Below are positions 37,913-48,707 of a stretch of 64,000 bases of DNA, one piece after another (positions within the stretch are counted from its first letter, which is position 1; every line of letters begins with the position of its first letter). Where the stretch lies: the NCBI GenBank assembly GCA_014802335.1, contig JAAVCL010000024.1:7346-71345 (forward strand). The letters are read 5' to 3'. A model generated the notes under the pieces. It did no database searches and was not told the DNA's origin. It saw only the letters and a program-made list of their open reading frames with translations. Position numbers and translations under genes: made by a program. This stretch comes from Bacteroides sp. (GTDB taxonomy: Bacteria; Bacteroidota; Bacteroidia; Bacteroidales; Muribaculaceae).

Positions 37913-40240
37913 ATGAAACCTGTAAAGAAAACCATCTCCCTGCCCGACGGTCGTGAGATAACGATCGAAACCGGCAAGCTCGCCAAGCAGGCCGATGGAG
38001 CGGTAGAGGTGCGCATGGGCAACACGATGTTGCTCGCCACCGTATGTTCGGCCCGTGAGGCCGGTGAGGGCGTTGATTTTATGCCTCTCACAGTTGAATA
38101 TAAAGAAAAATATGCCTCTATCGGACGCTATCCGGGAGGCTTCCTGAAGCGTGAAGGCCGCGCAAGCGACTATGAGATTCTGACTTCGCGTCTTGTTGAC
38201 CGTGTGCTTCGTCCCCTTTTTCCGGACGATTACCATGCCGATACTTTTGTAAATGTAACTCTTTACTCTGCCGATGAAAACGATGCTCCCGATGCGTTGG
38301 CCGGTATTGCTGCTTCTGCTGCGATAGCTTGCAGTGACATTCCTTTCAATGGCCCTATCTCGGAAGTGCGCGTTGCCCGTGTTGACGGCGAATGGGTGAT
38401 TAACCCCACATTCGAGCAGATTGAAAAAGCCGACATCGAACTCATGGTCGGAGCCACCTATGATAACATCATGATGGTTGAAGGCGAAATGAATGAAGTG
38501 TCGGAGGCTGAATTGCTTGAAGCTCTGAAAGTTGCTCATGCTGAAATTAAAAAGCATTGTGAAGCTCAGATCGAGCTCATGAAAGAAGCCGGAAAAGAAG
38601 AAAAACGTGAATATTGCCACGAAATTAATGACGATGCTCTTCGCGCTGATGTGCGTGAAAAGTGCTACGACAAGGCTTATGCAATAGCTCGCACCGGAGC
38701 TGCCGACAAACATTGGCGCGCCGAGCAGTTCGCTGCCATTTGCGACGAATATCTTGAGTCGCTCCCCGAAATGACCGAAGAGCAGCTGGAACGTTACACT
38801 CCCGAACAGCGCAAAGCCATGGTGAAACGATATTATCATGATGTCGAAAAAGAAGCTATGCGCCGTTGTGTGCTTGATGAAGGAATACGTCTCGACGGTC
38901 GTAAGACTACTGAGATCCGTCCGATTTGGTGCGAAATAGATTATTTGCCCGGACCTCACGGAGCCGCTGTTTTCACACGCGGTGAAACCCAGGCTTTGGT
39001 TACCACTACTCTTGGCACAACTCTCGATGAGAAAATTGTTGACGATGTGCTCAATCAGGGTAAAGAACGTTTCCTTTTGCACTATAACTTCCCTCCCTTC
39101 TCAACCGGCGAAGCCCGTCCGCAACGTGGCGTGGGTCGTCGTGAAGTCGGCCACGGTAATCTTGCTCATCGTGCGCTCAAAAGAATGTTCCCCGATGATT
39201 TCCCCTACACCTGTCGTATAGTTTCCGATATTTTGGAATCTAACGGTTCATCTTCTATGGCAACCGTATGCGGCGGTACGCTGTCTCTGCTTGATGCCGG
39301 TGTGAAGATGAAGCGTCCTGTGGCCGGTGTGGCAATGGGTCTTATCTCTGATAAGGGCAACGTGAAATATGCCGTGCTTTCCGATATTCTCGGTGATGAA
39401 GACCACCTCGGCGACATGGACTTCAAAGTTACAGGCACAACAAAGGGTATCACCGCCACCCAAATGGATATAAAGTGTGATGGCTTGAGCTATGAGGTGC
39501 TTGAAAAAGCTCTTGATCAGGCTCGCGACGGCCGTCTGCACATACTAAATATCATCAATGAGACAATTCCGGAGCCGCGCGAAGATTACAAACCGCATGT
39601 TCCGCGTCTTGTGACATTGGAGATTCCAAAGGAAATGATTGGTGCCGTTATCGGTCCGCAGGGTAAGATCATACAGGGTATTCAGGAAGAAACAGGTGCG
39701 ACAATCTCAATCGATGAAGATGAAAAACTCGGAATCGGGCGAGTTGAGATTGCATCCAAAGATAAGGAAAGTATCGATGCCGCCGTTGCCAAAATCAAAG
39801 CAATTGTGGCTCAGCCCGAAGAGGGTGAGACCTACGACGGTACTGTCCGCTCAATTCTTGATTTCGGTGCTTTCGTTGAATTTATGCCCGGTCGTGACGG
39901 CCTTCTGCATATCAGCGAAATCTCATGGGATCGCCTTGACAATATGGAAGCCAGCGGTCTCAAAGAAGGAGATAAGCTCAAGGTCAAGCTCATTGAGATA
40001 GACAAAAAGACAGGCAAGTATCGTCTCTCGATGCGAGCTCTGACTCCGAAGCCCGAAGGATATGTGGAACGTGAGGCACGTCCTCGTCGTGAAGGTGGTG
40101 ATCGCGGCCCGCGTCCTCGTCGTGATGGCGACCGCAACGACCGCAACGACCGCAACGATCGTGGCCCGCGTCCTCGTCGCGATGGTGACCGCAACGATCG
40201 CGGTCCGCAACGCACCTTCCGCCACAAGGATAGTGAATAA
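37913..40240 (+). CDS. pnp: Polyribonucleotide nucleotidyltransferase (PNPase)
   Basis: '[12 protein letters not shown]', 'DFMPLTVEY', 'RLDGRK', 'FTRGETQ', 'ESNGSSSMA', 'GDMDFKV', KH and S1 domains. Confidence 0.98.
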   Translation: MKPVKKTISLPDGREITIETGKLAKQADGAVEVRMGNTMLLATVCSAREAGEGVDFMPLTVEYKEKYASIGRYPGGFLKREGRASDYEILTSRLVDRVLRPLFPDDYHADTFVNVTLYSADENDAPDALAGIAASAAIACSDIPFNGPISEVRVARVDGEWVINPTFEQIEKADIELMVGATYDNIMMVEGEMNEVSEAELLEALKVAHAEIKKHCEAQIELMKEAGKEEKREYCHEINDDALRADVREKCYDKAYAIARTGAADKHWRAEQFAAICDEYLESLPEMTEEQLERYTPEQRKAMVKRYYHDVEKEAMRRCVLDEGIRLDGRKTTEIRPIWCEIDYLPGPHGAAVFTRGETQALVTTTLGTTLDEKIVDDVLNQGKERFLLHYNFPPFSTGEARPQRGVGRREVGHGNLAHRALKRMFPDDFPYTCRIVSDILESNGSSSMATVCGGTLSLLDAGVKMKRPVAGVAMGLISDKGNVKYAVLSDILGDEDHLGDMDFKVTGTTKGITATQMDIKCDGLSYEVLEKALDQARDGRLHILNIINETIPEPREDYKPHVPRLVTLEIPKEMIGAVIGPQGKIIQGIQEETGATISIDEDEKLGIGRVEIASKDKESIDAAVAKIKAIVAQPEEGETYDGTVRSILDFGAFVEFMPGRDGLLHISEISWDRLDNMEASGLKEGDKLKVKLIEIDKKTGKYRLSMRALTPKPEGYVEREARPRREGGDRGPRPRRDGDRNDRNDRNDRGPRPRRDGDRNDRGPQRTFRHKDSE
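40076..40210 (+). repeat. Coding tandem repeats in the PNPase C-terminal tail
   Basis: GACCGCAAC repeats and duplicated '[13 protein letters not shown]' unit. Confidence 0.8.
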
Positions 40241-40267
40241 AATTACTGAAATAAAAGTCCTACAATA

Positions 40268-40315
40268 AAAAGCAGAGACTTCCGACTTGATATAATCGGA
40301 AGTCTCTGTTTTTTT
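40268..40315 (+). terminator. pnp terminator
   Basis: CAGAGACTTCCGA...TCGGAAGTCTCTG-TTTTTTT. Confidence 0.8.
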
Positions 40316-40504
40316 ACACGGTTGCCAAATGAAGGCAGAGTAATGGCTAAGATTCCATCCCACAAGAAATTAAATAAAACTGTTTGGAATTGTACCCAAA
40401 AGTTTGTAAATTTGCATTGTCTAAAGTCGTTCAAAGAGCCTTCTCTTACAAGGCCCGGAAAATAAAATTGACTAAGACATATTGTTTCACTTACTATTTT
40501 AAAA

Positions 40505-41872
40505 TTGGATACTGACCCTTTGCCGGCGTGGCCGGCTTTAACAATTCTGTCTCAGTTGCTCGGGGCTGTTATGCAGCCCGACTTGCCACCCATTTCTTTT
40601 CATGCCCCTCCGGGTTGGCTGGCTTGGTCGGCACTGATATTCATAGTTATTATTTGTCTGTTGCTTTCGGCATTCGTGTCGGGAAGCGAAATTGCATTTT
40701 TCGGGCTTTCACCTCAGCAGATTTCTGAACTCGAAGACTCAGACTCCGAACGCGACCATAAATCATTCTCGCTTATTGAAGCTTCCGAACGTCTGTTGGC
40801 AACCATCCTGATTGCAAATAATCTTGTAAACATCACGATGGTTGTGGTGCTCACTTTTGCTATCGGCCAGGTGGTGGAGTTTAATTCCACTGTGCTTAAT
40901 TTCTTGGTGCAGACAATTTTTATGACCTTTCTGTTGCTCCTGTTTGGTGAAATTTTTCCCAAATTGGTGGCTCGTTCAAACCCGCTGAAGTGGGTGAGAA
41001 TGTCAACCCCGGGAGTCTCTCTGTTTTTCAACGTTTTCGGACCCATTGCCCGCTTAATGGTGAAATCGACATTCATCGTGAACCGTGTGGTCTCTAAGAA
41101 AGAGGAAACGGTTTCTACGGATGAATTGGAAAAAGCACTCGAAATTTCAGATGTCGAAGAAGGTAAGGATAAGGAAATGCTGGAAGGTATTCTATCGTTC
41201 GGCGAGCGTGAGGCACGCGAAGTTATGATCTCGCGTGTTGACGTTACTTCAATTGAATTACACGACACCTGGGAGCAGGCAATGGCTATAATTCTCGATT
41301 CAGGTTATTCCAGAATCCCGGTCTACGACACAACAGAAGACTCAATAAAAGGAGTTTTATATGGCAAGGACTTGCTTCCTTACATCGGTAAGACTGAACG
41401 TCCCGATTGGCAGAGTCTGATACGTCCGGCCTATTTTGTGCCTGAATCAAGAATGCTCGATGATCTTCTCGAAGATTTCCGCAAGCGTAAAATCCACATT
41501 GCAATCGTGATTGACGAATATGGAATGACTCAGGGAATTGTCACTCTTGAAGACATCATTGAAGAAATAGTTGGAGACATCGATGACGAATATGATGAAG
41601 AAGACTCCAACTATAAAAAAGTTGCCCCCGACACATTCATATTCGAAGGTAAAATTCCTTTACCCGATTTTTGCAGAGTGCTGGACATCGAAGAATCCGA
41701 ACTCGGTGAGATTGGAGATGCTGAAACACTGGCCGGTTTCTTACTCGAAATCAAAGGAGATTTTCCCCGTCCTAAGGAAGTCTTTGAACGAGCCGGATTG
41801 AAGATGCAGGTGATTCAGATGGAGCGGCATCGCATCGTAAAGGTTAAAGTTATTGTGACAAATGGAAAATGA
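40505..41872 (+). CDS. gldE: GldE (CNNM/CBS/CorC hemolysin-family membrane protein)
   Basis: TTG start 'MDTDP'; 'SGSEIAFF', 'LLATILIANNLVNI', 'GYSRIPVY', 'VIDEYG', 'LEDIIEEIVG'. Confidence 0.88.
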   Translation: MDTDPLPAWPALTILSQLLGAVMQPDLPPISFHAPPGWLAWSALIFIVIICLLLSAFVSGSEIAFFGLSPQQISELEDSDSERDHKSFSLIEASERLLATILIANNLVNITMVVVLTFAIGQVVEFNSTVLNFLVQTIFMTFLLLLFGEIFPKLVARSNPLKWVRMSTPGVSLFFNVFGPIARLMVKSTFIVNRVVSKKEETVSTDELEKALEISDVEEGKDKEMLEGILSFGEREAREVMISRVDVTSIELHDTWEQAMAIILDSGYSRIPVYDTTEDSIKGVLYGKDLLPYIGKTERPDWQSLIRPAYFVPESRMLDDLLEDFRKRKIHIAIVIDEYGMTQGIVTLEDIIEEIVGDIDDEYDEEDSNYKKVAPDTFIFEGKIPLPDFCRVLDIEESELGEIGDAETLAGFLLEIKGDFPRPKEVFERAGLKMQVIQMERHRIVKVKVIVTNGK

Positions 41873-42584
41873 TTTTATCTATTGGCGGCATCCCACTGTT
41901 CCGGGCATTAAAGTTGAAGAAGTGACCGGAGGCGACAGATATTCCGGAAGTCTGTGGAGAGATATGGCCAGGCAGGTTTATTGCGAAAATGGCAAGGAAG
42001 CTTACAGAGAGATTGGTCATTTCAGTAATGGAGCTCCCTTTTTGCATGGCGACAACGCACGCATCAGTCTGACACATTGCGATGGTTTTTTTGCGGTTGC
42101 CACCTTGCCCTCCACACCGGAAGTGGACTTGAAATGTTTTTCACCTCGGGCCGCACTTGGCATTGATGCCGAGCATGCTGACAGAGCGCAGGTTTTAAAA
42201 TTGCGCGGAAAGTTCCTTTCAACCGAGGAACAAAAAATGATTGATGCCGACGATGTGATGATGAATGTTCTGGCATGGACCATTAAAGAGGCCGCTTATA
42301 AAGCTGCCTTCATCCCCGGCCTTGAATTTGCCTCAGACATCCGAGTCACCCGCTTGCCTCTTCTCGGCCCTCCGACTCCTTATTTTGATAAATCTGAGTT
42401 TGAGATCAAAGGAGACAAAGATGCGCTCCCCGAAAAATTTTTCGGCGAAGTCGCAGTTCGTGTTAAAGATGTCGATGATACAGACTCTGAGAGAATATTC
42501 AGGCTCTACTCATATTTGTCAGATGATTTTATAGTAACTTTATGTTATGATCCGAAATGTGCGAAATTCGGTAAAATCTCATAA
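41862..42584 (+). CDS. 4'-phosphopantetheinyl transferase family protein
   Basis: 'GAPFL', 'ISLTH', 'LGIDAE', 'WTIKEAAYKA'. Confidence 0.85.
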   Translation: MENDFIYWRHPTVPGIKVEEVTGGDRYSGSLWRDMARQVYCENGKEAYREIGHFSNGAPFLHGDNARISLTHCDGFFAVATLPSTPEVDLKCFSPRAALGIDAEHADRAQVLKLRGKFLSTEEQKMIDADDVMMNVLAWTIKEAAYKAAFIPGLEFASDIRVTRLPLLGPPTPYFDKSEFEIKGDKDALPEKFFGEVAVRVKDVDDTDSERIFRLYSYLSDDFIVTLCYDPKCAKFGKIS

Positions 42585-42763
42585 GGTCGCACATCATAAT
42601 AAGGCTTTCCCTGTTTAAAATAAAACCCCATCCCACAAAAGGCATCTGCATCCTGAATACTTTTTGTGAGATGGGTTAATCACTGTAAATGAGCACCTGC
42701 TCTCATTTCAGGGGGAGGAATATGGTTGTAAGTATGATTTCGTAATTACTTCATACTTACGCC

Positions 42764-42889
42764 TCAGAAAGAAATGCTTCGTAATTGAAGCAAGATAACA
42801 GTGAGGCCAATCAAATAGATAAGAATAACCCCTGTGCGACACTTTGTAACCTTGTTGGAATTGCTTGAATTGTTTGAAGTACGTTTCAT
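42764..42889 (-). CDS. Small 41-aa single-TM peptide (not in ORF track)
   Basis: MKRTSNNSSNSNKVTKCRTGVILIYLIGLTVILLQLRSISF; A-rich leader, TAATTTTG -7 element at 42924-42931 (minus strand), perfect 10-bp hairpin 42728-42760 just after the stop. Confidence 0.5.
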   Translation of the reverse strand: MKRTSNNSSNSNKVTKCRTGVILIYLIGLTVILLQLRSISF

Positions 42890-43115
42890 TTCTTTTAGTT
42901 TTTAGTGGTTGATGAATGTGTTGCAAAATTACCTTTAGTTGGTGCAATAGAGTTGCAGTTAAGTTTAAAAGTGTGTGAAAAAATGTAAACAACTGTGAAT
43001 CGTGTAATTTCTTGCACCTATAAGTCATTGAAAATGATTAAATTTGCACAAGTGGGAGTTAATCCGACGAATTTCGAGGCAATTTGTCAAATAGTTACTT
43101 TAATAGTTACATGTT

Positions 43116-43316
43116 ATGAACATCGGGCATGAAATTAGACTAAGGCGCCAGAAATTACGTCTTACGCAACAGGCTCTTGCGGACATGTCTGGCGTAAGTG
43201 TGCGCATGATTAAGGCAATTGAAGGAGACTATGCAAATCCTTCGGTTAAGACCATAGAGAGGTTGCTCGGGTCTCTTGGCCTTCAGCTCCAGATTGTGGA
43301 GCGCCCCAACAATTAA
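43116..43316 (+). CDS. XRE/HipB-like helix-turn-helix protein
   Basis: 'IRLRRQKLRLTQQALADMSGVS...IEG..ANPSVKT'; TAAATTTG at 43039-43046. Confidence 0.85.
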   Translation: MNIGHEIRLRRQKLRLTQQALADMSGVSVRMIKAIEGDYANPSVKTIERLLGSLGLQLQIVERPNN

Positions 43317-43335
43317 AGACCCGCATGGTTGAATC

Positions 43336-43391
43336 AAAAATGAGTTGCGGACTTCATATCAAATTCTGATATGAGTCCGCAACTCATTTTT
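43336..43391. terminator. Long bidirectional terminator-like hairpin
   Basis: AAAAATGAGTTGCGGAC(T)TCATATCA-AATTC-TGATATGAGTCCGCAACTCATTTTT between convergent genes. Confidence 0.7.
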
Positions 43392-43512
43392 ACCAAGACT
43401 CCAAACCGTCAGCAATTTCAGATTCGGGACTGCCAGTTCATCAATCTGTTCTTTGGAAGTCGTTTTACATTATTATTCTTTACCTACTTATTTTTATCTG
43501 CTTATAATTTAC

Positions 43513-44994
43513 CTACTTGTTATAGATAAATATAGGTTTTGATTCGCGATTCATACGGTCAACACTCGTTACGGCGAATGTCAGCCCTTTGTCTCCGTCC
43601 ACCTTGACTCGGTTATAAGGAGTCATGGCAACGATGGTCTGCGGGTCTTCAGTGTTTTGGCTCTCTCCGGGGAAGAATTCGTATACCACATATTTCACTA
43701 CATCGTTTTCATGTTCTTTCTTGCCACGATGTCCCACCGGCTTCCATACCAGGAAGGTTTCATTACCCTTGTTCTCAATGGCCAAGTCTTCCACCGGCAA
43801 TGGCTTCTTGTCGGGATTTCCATAAACCGGAGGGAGTGCGATGGTGCTTTGATATTTCATTGCAAGCGAATCGGCTGCTCCTTTATAATTTCCGGTCACC
43901 CAATAGCCGTGCCACCAAACGTTCCCTTTAACATTTGGAAGTCGTCTGGATATCTTTACTTTTGTGTCAAGTTCGTTTTTATCTTTATTGCCGGGGTCTG
44001 CAACATTCATTGTTCGCTGCACATCCTGACCGATATAAATATCCACTCCGTTGGCATTGTCGTTCCACCACTGGGCGAGTGTTCGGCTCGGAGCCGCTTG
44101 CGTATCGAGGTTCCAGTAGAGTTGCGGAGCAAGATAATCCACCCAACCCTTTTTTGCCCAGAGAAGCACATCGGCATAAAGATCATCATAATTTTGGAGT
44201 CCCGAGCTATTGGAACCGTGCGGATCAGACTTCTTGTTACGCCAGATACCAAAAGGGCTCACTCCAAATCTAACCCACGGTTTCTTTTCCTTAATGGTGG
44301 AATGCATCTGCTCGATAAGCAAATCAACATTATGACGTCTCCAATCTCCTCGCGCCATGCCATTGCCGAATTTGGCATAACTCTTATCATCAGGGATAGC
44401 CTTGCCGGCGGCCGGATAGGGGTAGAAATAATCATCAATATGAATACCGTCCACATCATAGCGATCAAGAATATCTGTGATAATTTCACAAATGAAATCT
44501 CGATTTTCCTGATAGGCCGGATCAAACAAAATTTGGCCGTTGTATCTGAAGTATCTTTCAGGATGCTTATTGCTGGGATGGTCGGCAGCCAACACTTCTT
44601 TTGCCGTTGATGTGACGCGGTAAGGATTTAGCCATGCGTGAAATTCCATGCCTCTTTTATGAGCCTCTTCAATTGCATATTCCATCGGGTCCCACATAGG
44701 ATTCGGTGCTTTGCCACGTTTCCCGGTGAGCCATGAACTCCACGGCTCAAGCTCGGATTTGTACACAGCGTCGGCAGTGGGTCTCACCTGAAATATCACG
44801 GCATTGCACCCCGCGTTCTTGAGTTTGTCAAACTGGTCTCTGATATAAGCCTTGGCTTGTTCGGTAGTTTTGTTTTGCCATTGTGATTGCCCGATAACAT
44901 GGAGCCACGCCCCTCTGAACTCTCGTTTGGGATTAGCGGCCATCGAGCCGAGTGCCACAACTATCGAACACAATATAATTATTAATTTTCTCAT
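43513..44994 (-). CDS. Glycoside hydrolase-like 10 (DUF187/YddW-like) protein
   Basis: 'REFRGAWL', 'FQVRP', 'HAWLNPYR', 'DGIHIDDYFYPY', 'GVSPFGIW', 'DYLAPQLYW'. Confidence 0.88.
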   Translation of the reverse strand: MRKLIIILCSIVVALGSMAANPKREFRGAWLHVIGQSQWQNKTTEQAKAYIRDQFDKLKNAGCNAVIFQVRPTADAVYKSELEPWSSWLTGKRGKAPNPMWDPMEYAIEEAHKRGMEFHAWLNPYRVTSTAKEVLAADHPSNKHPERYFRYNGQILFDPAYQENRDFICEIITDILDRYDVDGIHIDDYFYPYPAAGKAIPDDKSYAKFGNGMARGDWRRHNVDLLIEQMHSTIKEKKPWVRFGVSPFGIWRNKKSDPHGSNSSGLQNYDDLYADVLLWAKKGWVDYLAPQLYWNLDTQAAPSRTLAQWWNDNANGVDIYIGQDVQRTMNVADPGNKDKNELDTKVKISRRLPNVKGNVWWHGYWVTGNYKGAADSLAMKYQSTIALPPVYGNPDKKPLPVEDLAIENKGNETFLVWKPVGHRGKKEHENDVVKYVVYEFFPGESQNTEDPQTIVAMTPYNRVKVDGDKGLTFAVTSVDRMNRESKPIFIYNK

Positions 44995-45771
44995 TTACTC
45001 ATCTAATTTTTTTCCGTTCACACCGATACCAAAAAGAGCAAAATCAAGCAATGTCGGGTCGTGCGGACAGATATCTTTCATGGCGGAGGTGATAATCTCG
45101 CAGCATTTCCTATCGTTGGCCCGGCGCTCGGTGATGCCAAGCCCGCGTGCCGTATTTCCAACATGCACGTCAAGCGGAATAAAAAGTTTCTCTTTGGGAA
45201 TACTTTTCCATACGCCCATGTCTACGATTCCGTCGTCGCGCACCATCCAGCGAAGCGCCATGTTTATTCGTTTCAAGGCTGTGGTGTGCAAATTTGTCGG
45301 AATGCATTGAGAGCAGGTCTCGCCATTATTGCTGTCGGTCACAATTTTCCCCATTGTTGAAGCTAAAAGCCATGCCGGCGCTTCATCCTCGCCAATCCTG
45401 TTTCGACTTATAAAACTGTCAAGAGAATCATAATGTTCATAAATAGACCTGAGGCCACGTAAATACCATTTTAAATTACGGGCGAAAAAAGTGCGATGCA
45501 CATTCAGATTGTCATCGAGATCCTCATAACCTTTCTCCATCATGTAACGATATGGCTGATTATCCATAAGATTCAGCATCCGTTCTGCATCGCGAAGAAT
45601 CATGGATCGTTTTCCCCAGGAAATCGAAGCCACCAGTAGAGAAGTGATTTCTATGTCACGCAGATCCTCGAAACGACGGGGAAACTGCACCGGGTCGTCT
45701 TTTATAAATTCCGGACGATTTATGCGGTGAGCCTCTTCAAGCAACAGACTGCCGGTTTCGGAGAGATTCAT
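44995..45771 (-). CDS. TIGR02757/DUF2400 family protein
   Basis: 'FIKDDPVQFP', 'KRINMALRWMVR', 'VDMGVW', 'IPLDVHV', 'DFALFG'. Confidence 0.9.
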   Translation of the reverse strand: MNLSETGSLLLEEAHRINRPEFIKDDPVQFPRRFEDLRDIEITSLLVASISWGKRSMILRDAERMLNLMDNQPYRYMMEKGYEDLDDNLNVHRTFFARNLKWYLRGLRSIYEHYDSLDSFISRNRIGEDEAPAWLLASTMGKIVTDSNNGETCSQCIPTNLHTTALKRINMALRWMVRDDGIVDMGVWKSIPKEKLFIPLDVHVGNTARGLGITERRANDRKCCEIITSAMKDICPHDPTLLDFALFGIGVNGKKLDE

Positions 45772-46115
45772 TGCTGATTACGGAATTTTTCAAGTTGCGC
45801 AGCCACTTCCGGCCTTACGGTGCGGACAGTGGAAATAAAAGCCGAATCGTAAGCAGCCTTCTGTTGCGGAAGACTGTCGTATGATGTGCGTTTGATTCCG
45901 GCTTCAATTAGATGAGACTGCAATTCAAGTGAATCTCGCCAGTCTTTGCTCACAAACGTGCGCGCTGCTTCGCGCCCGGCAATGCGTGCTTGTTCAATCT
46001 GGTCGGCAGTTTCCTCGGCGGCTACTTGATTTCCCTTTGTGGAACAGCCCGAAGTCAGGACCGCGCCCCCTAAGAGCGCGGTGCCTGTTATGAGTGTATA
46101 AATTATTTTTGTCAT
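45768..46115 (-). CDS. Hypothetical lipoprotein
   Basis: Lipobox 'LTSGC'; tightly coupled to neighbours in operon. Confidence 0.65.
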   Translation of the reverse strand: MTKIIYTLITGTALLGGAVLTSGCSTKGNQVAAEETADQIEQARIAGREAARTFVSKDWRDSLELQSHLIEAGIKRTSYDSLPQQKAAYDSAFISTVRTVRPEVAAQLEKFRNQQ

Positions 46116-46121
46116 TATTTA

Positions 46122-48656
46122 TTATTTTACGTATAATTCGTTCCACCAGCGCGGATCGTCTTGCAGATATTTGGCAAACCAAGCCATTATCGTGTTCTGC
46201 CATGCAAGTTTCTGGTCAAATCCCGAAATTACGTGATTTTCATCTTGAACGGTGATGAACTCCACATCTCGTCCCAATATCCGAAGCGCGTTAAACAGCT
46301 GGATACTTTCTCCGATTGGCACATTGGTGTCTTCAGTGCCATGCAAGAGAAGTAGGGGAGTGTGGATTTTATCGGCATTAAAAAGAGAACCTTGCTTGGT
46401 GAACAGATCAGGGTTATTCCACGGATAACTTTTGGCGGCGGCCACACTGTTATAACTGTATCCCCAGAATCCTTCTCCCCAATAGGAAGTGACATTTGAT
46501 ATTCCGGCATGTGAAACTGCAGCTGCGTAAATATCGGTCAGAGTCTGAAGATACTGTGTCATAAATCCGCCGTAGCTTGCTCCGATACAACCTATCTTGT
46601 TGTCGTTAACAAATTTATGTTCCTTGCAGAATAATTTTGTTCCTTCAATAATTTCTTCTGCCGTGCGTTTTCCCCATGCGTTTACGTGACGCGCGGAATA
46701 TTCCTGACCATAGCCTGTGGTGCCGCTCGGGTTCAGTACATACACCACATAATCGCGTGATGCAAATACCTGAGGTGAATAGAGGTGGAAGAAAGTGGCT
46801 GTACAGGGCGATGTGCCGCCATAGTAGTAGACTATCATCGGATATTTTTTCGACGCATCGAAGTTGGGAGGCAGACAGTACCAGCCTTCAACAACCGTCC
46901 CATCCTTGGCAGTAAAATTCCACGGCTCCATTTTGCCGAATTCAATCCCGTCGGTTATTTCCGACAAAGGATCCGAAATCAGTTTCGAACTGTTTTTCTT
47001 AAGGTTCAACATATAGGCAGCCCCGTCATTGGTAAAAGAATTTCCTATATAGGCCAGCCATTCGGCTTCATTTTCACCAATGCTGAAACTTCTTACGTAG
47101 GGTGCTTCTGTGGGGAGTTTGACAATCTTATCCGTTTTTGGATCAAGTTTATATATGTTTTTGTCAAATCCGGCCTCAGCAAGAAAATAAATATTGTTAT
47201 CGGCGTAATTCCAGATGCTTCCGGCTATTACGGCCGGATCAAAATTTTTGGTAACAGCCCTTGCACTGCGCTTGGCGATATTGAAAATATAGCCTTGACC
47301 GTCGAAGTCGTTTCCAATTTCGTGAGGCGCATAGTTGGCTCCTATTCCTCCGAACGCGTCGGGTCCGGCGGTAACGAACAGTTCTTTCCCGTCTGGTGAA
47401 TATACGGCATTGGTTATGCCCGACTCCATGCAGCGAATCAGTGTATCCGTTTTGAGCGTGTTGAGGTCCATTTCCACAAGTGTGGTGTTATAGAACGGAT
47501 AGTGATCGGGAGTCTGAATTGTCGAGGCATAGAGAAGTTTCGAGCCGGTGCGATCAAAATCAAACATAACGGTAGAGGGTCCACCGTATGTGAGAACGGT
47601 TGCAACTTGATCGTTGAGATCATATCTCATTATGTAGCTACGGTCGCGGTCGCCGGGAATTCTGTCATCGGGATTTTTATAGCGATGCATAATTCCGTTT
47701 TCCTTTTCCGGCTGCACGTTATCATAGTAGAAGATATCCCGGCCGTTGGGCGACATGGTAATATTATCATCGGGCAGACCTTTGGCAATCAGCCTGCTTC
47801 GCATTGAAGGCACGTCGGTTTGGTAAATATCATAAACACCATTTCTTTTCACCGAATTCCAATATGCGTCAGTCTTGCCCGGAATCCAGTCGGCATTGAC
47901 TGATATACCGTTCGAAATCACGTTTCCGGTTGCCGTTTCTATAAGGCTTGCTCGCCAATGAGATTCCTTTGCCGAATAGACTTCGCGTGTAATCGAGATA
48001 AGATATTTCCCCGACGGAGATAACCGAAGTTGAGAGGTGCGCTCACCGATCATCGTGGTCCTCGGAGAGACTCTTTTCTTAAGGTTCGGACCGGAATTAA
48101 CTTTTACATCATTGAAATCGTCAGCGGGAATAAATTCAAGTGAAAATTCCGGGGCGCTCTTGTCTTCGGGCAGCCCCAGTACATCCACTGCAATTTCATA
48201 ATCGGCCTCGGGGTCGAGATTTAAAGGAGACTCCGCCGATACAAGTGTGGAATCGGAGGTGGCTTTGGTGATTAATGTTTGGCCGTTGACCTTAACTGCG
48301 GCGCGGGCAGTAGATTTTAAGACCAGACGCCCCTTTGCAAATCTTTCTGCGCGCAGCCGTGTGGTGAAGGAATTAAGCACCGGAGCCTCGTTGTTCCCCT
48401 TGATCAGAACTCGGCCCGCAGTGTCCGAGGCGACAGTTGTCCAGCTGGCGGTTAATTCGGCGTTCAGTTTTCGCGCATCCAGCAGTTTCTCCGGTTTGAA
48501 ACTGTTTTCCTTCTGTGTGGAATCAGGCAGAGCCGGAATGTTGAGACGCACCGCCGGCCCCGCCTTATATTCACTAATATTGTAGGCTGAAGCGAATAAG
48601 GCAGAAAGAGCAAGCGTGCCTGCGGTGAAAAATAAATAAGAATTGTGTTTTGTCAT
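46122..48656 (-). CDS. S9 family prolyl oligopeptidase/acylaminoacyl peptidase
   Basis: 'GASYGG' nucleophile, 'LHGTEDTNV', 'ENH'; signal peptide. Confidence 0.9.
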   Translation of the reverse strand: MTKHNSYLFFTAGTLALSALFASAYNISEYKAGPAVRLNIPALPDSTQKENSFKPEKLLDARKLNAELTASWTTVASDTAGRVLIKGNNEAPVLNSFTTRLRAERFAKGRLVLKSTARAAVKVNGQTLITKATSDSTLVSAESPLNLDPEADYEIAVDVLGLPEDKSAPEFSLEFIPADDFNDVKVNSGPNLKKRVSPRTTMIGERTSQLRLSPSGKYLISITREVYSAKESHWRASLIETATGNVISNGISVNADWIPGKTDAYWNSVKRNGVYDIYQTDVPSMRSRLIAKGLPDDNITMSPNGRDIFYYDNVQPEKENGIMHRYKNPDDRIPGDRDRSYIMRYDLNDQVATVLTYGGPSTVMFDFDRTGSKLLYASTIQTPDHYPFYNTTLVEMDLNTLKTDTLIRCMESGITNAVYSPDGKELFVTAGPDAFGGIGANYAPHEIGNDFDGQGYIFNIAKRSARAVTKNFDPAVIAGSIWNYADNNIYFLAEAGFDKNIYKLDPKTDKIVKLPTEAPYVRSFSIGENEAEWLAYIGNSFTNDGAAYMLNLKKNSSKLISDPLSEITDGIEFGKMEPWNFTAKDGTVVEGWYCLPPNFDASKKYPMIVYYYGGTSPCTATFFHLYSPQVFASRDYVVYVLNPSGTTGYGQEYSARHVNAWGKRTAEEIIEGTKLFCKEHKFVNDNKIGCIGASYGGFMTQYLQTLTDIYAAAVSHAGISNVTSYWGEGFWGYSYNSVAAAKSYPWNNPDLFTKQGSLFNADKIHTPLLLLHGTEDTNVPIGESIQLFNALRILGRDVEFITVQDENHVISGFDQKLAWQNTIMAWFAKYLQDDPRWWNELYVK

Positions 48657-48707
48657 GGTGGATATAAAGTTTATTGGCGGGAGACTTTTAAGAAAAATCT
48701 TTATTTA

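Noticed and set aside
37910-39082. 390-aa antisense ORF opposite pnp, and similar long shadow ORFs opposite the amylases and the GHL10 gene
   Set aside because: Fully overlap well-supported genes; explained by codon bias; no recognisable motifs
42624-42677. Inverted repeat CCCATCCCACAAAA/TTTTGTGAGATGGG with a partial copy near 40355
   Set aside because: Adequately explained as a terminator-like hairpin; the 11-bp second match is too short to call an element
42708-43028. 106-aa minus-strand ORF from the track
   Set aside because: Spans promoter elements and looks non-coding; the nested 41-aa ORF in another frame has better expression signals
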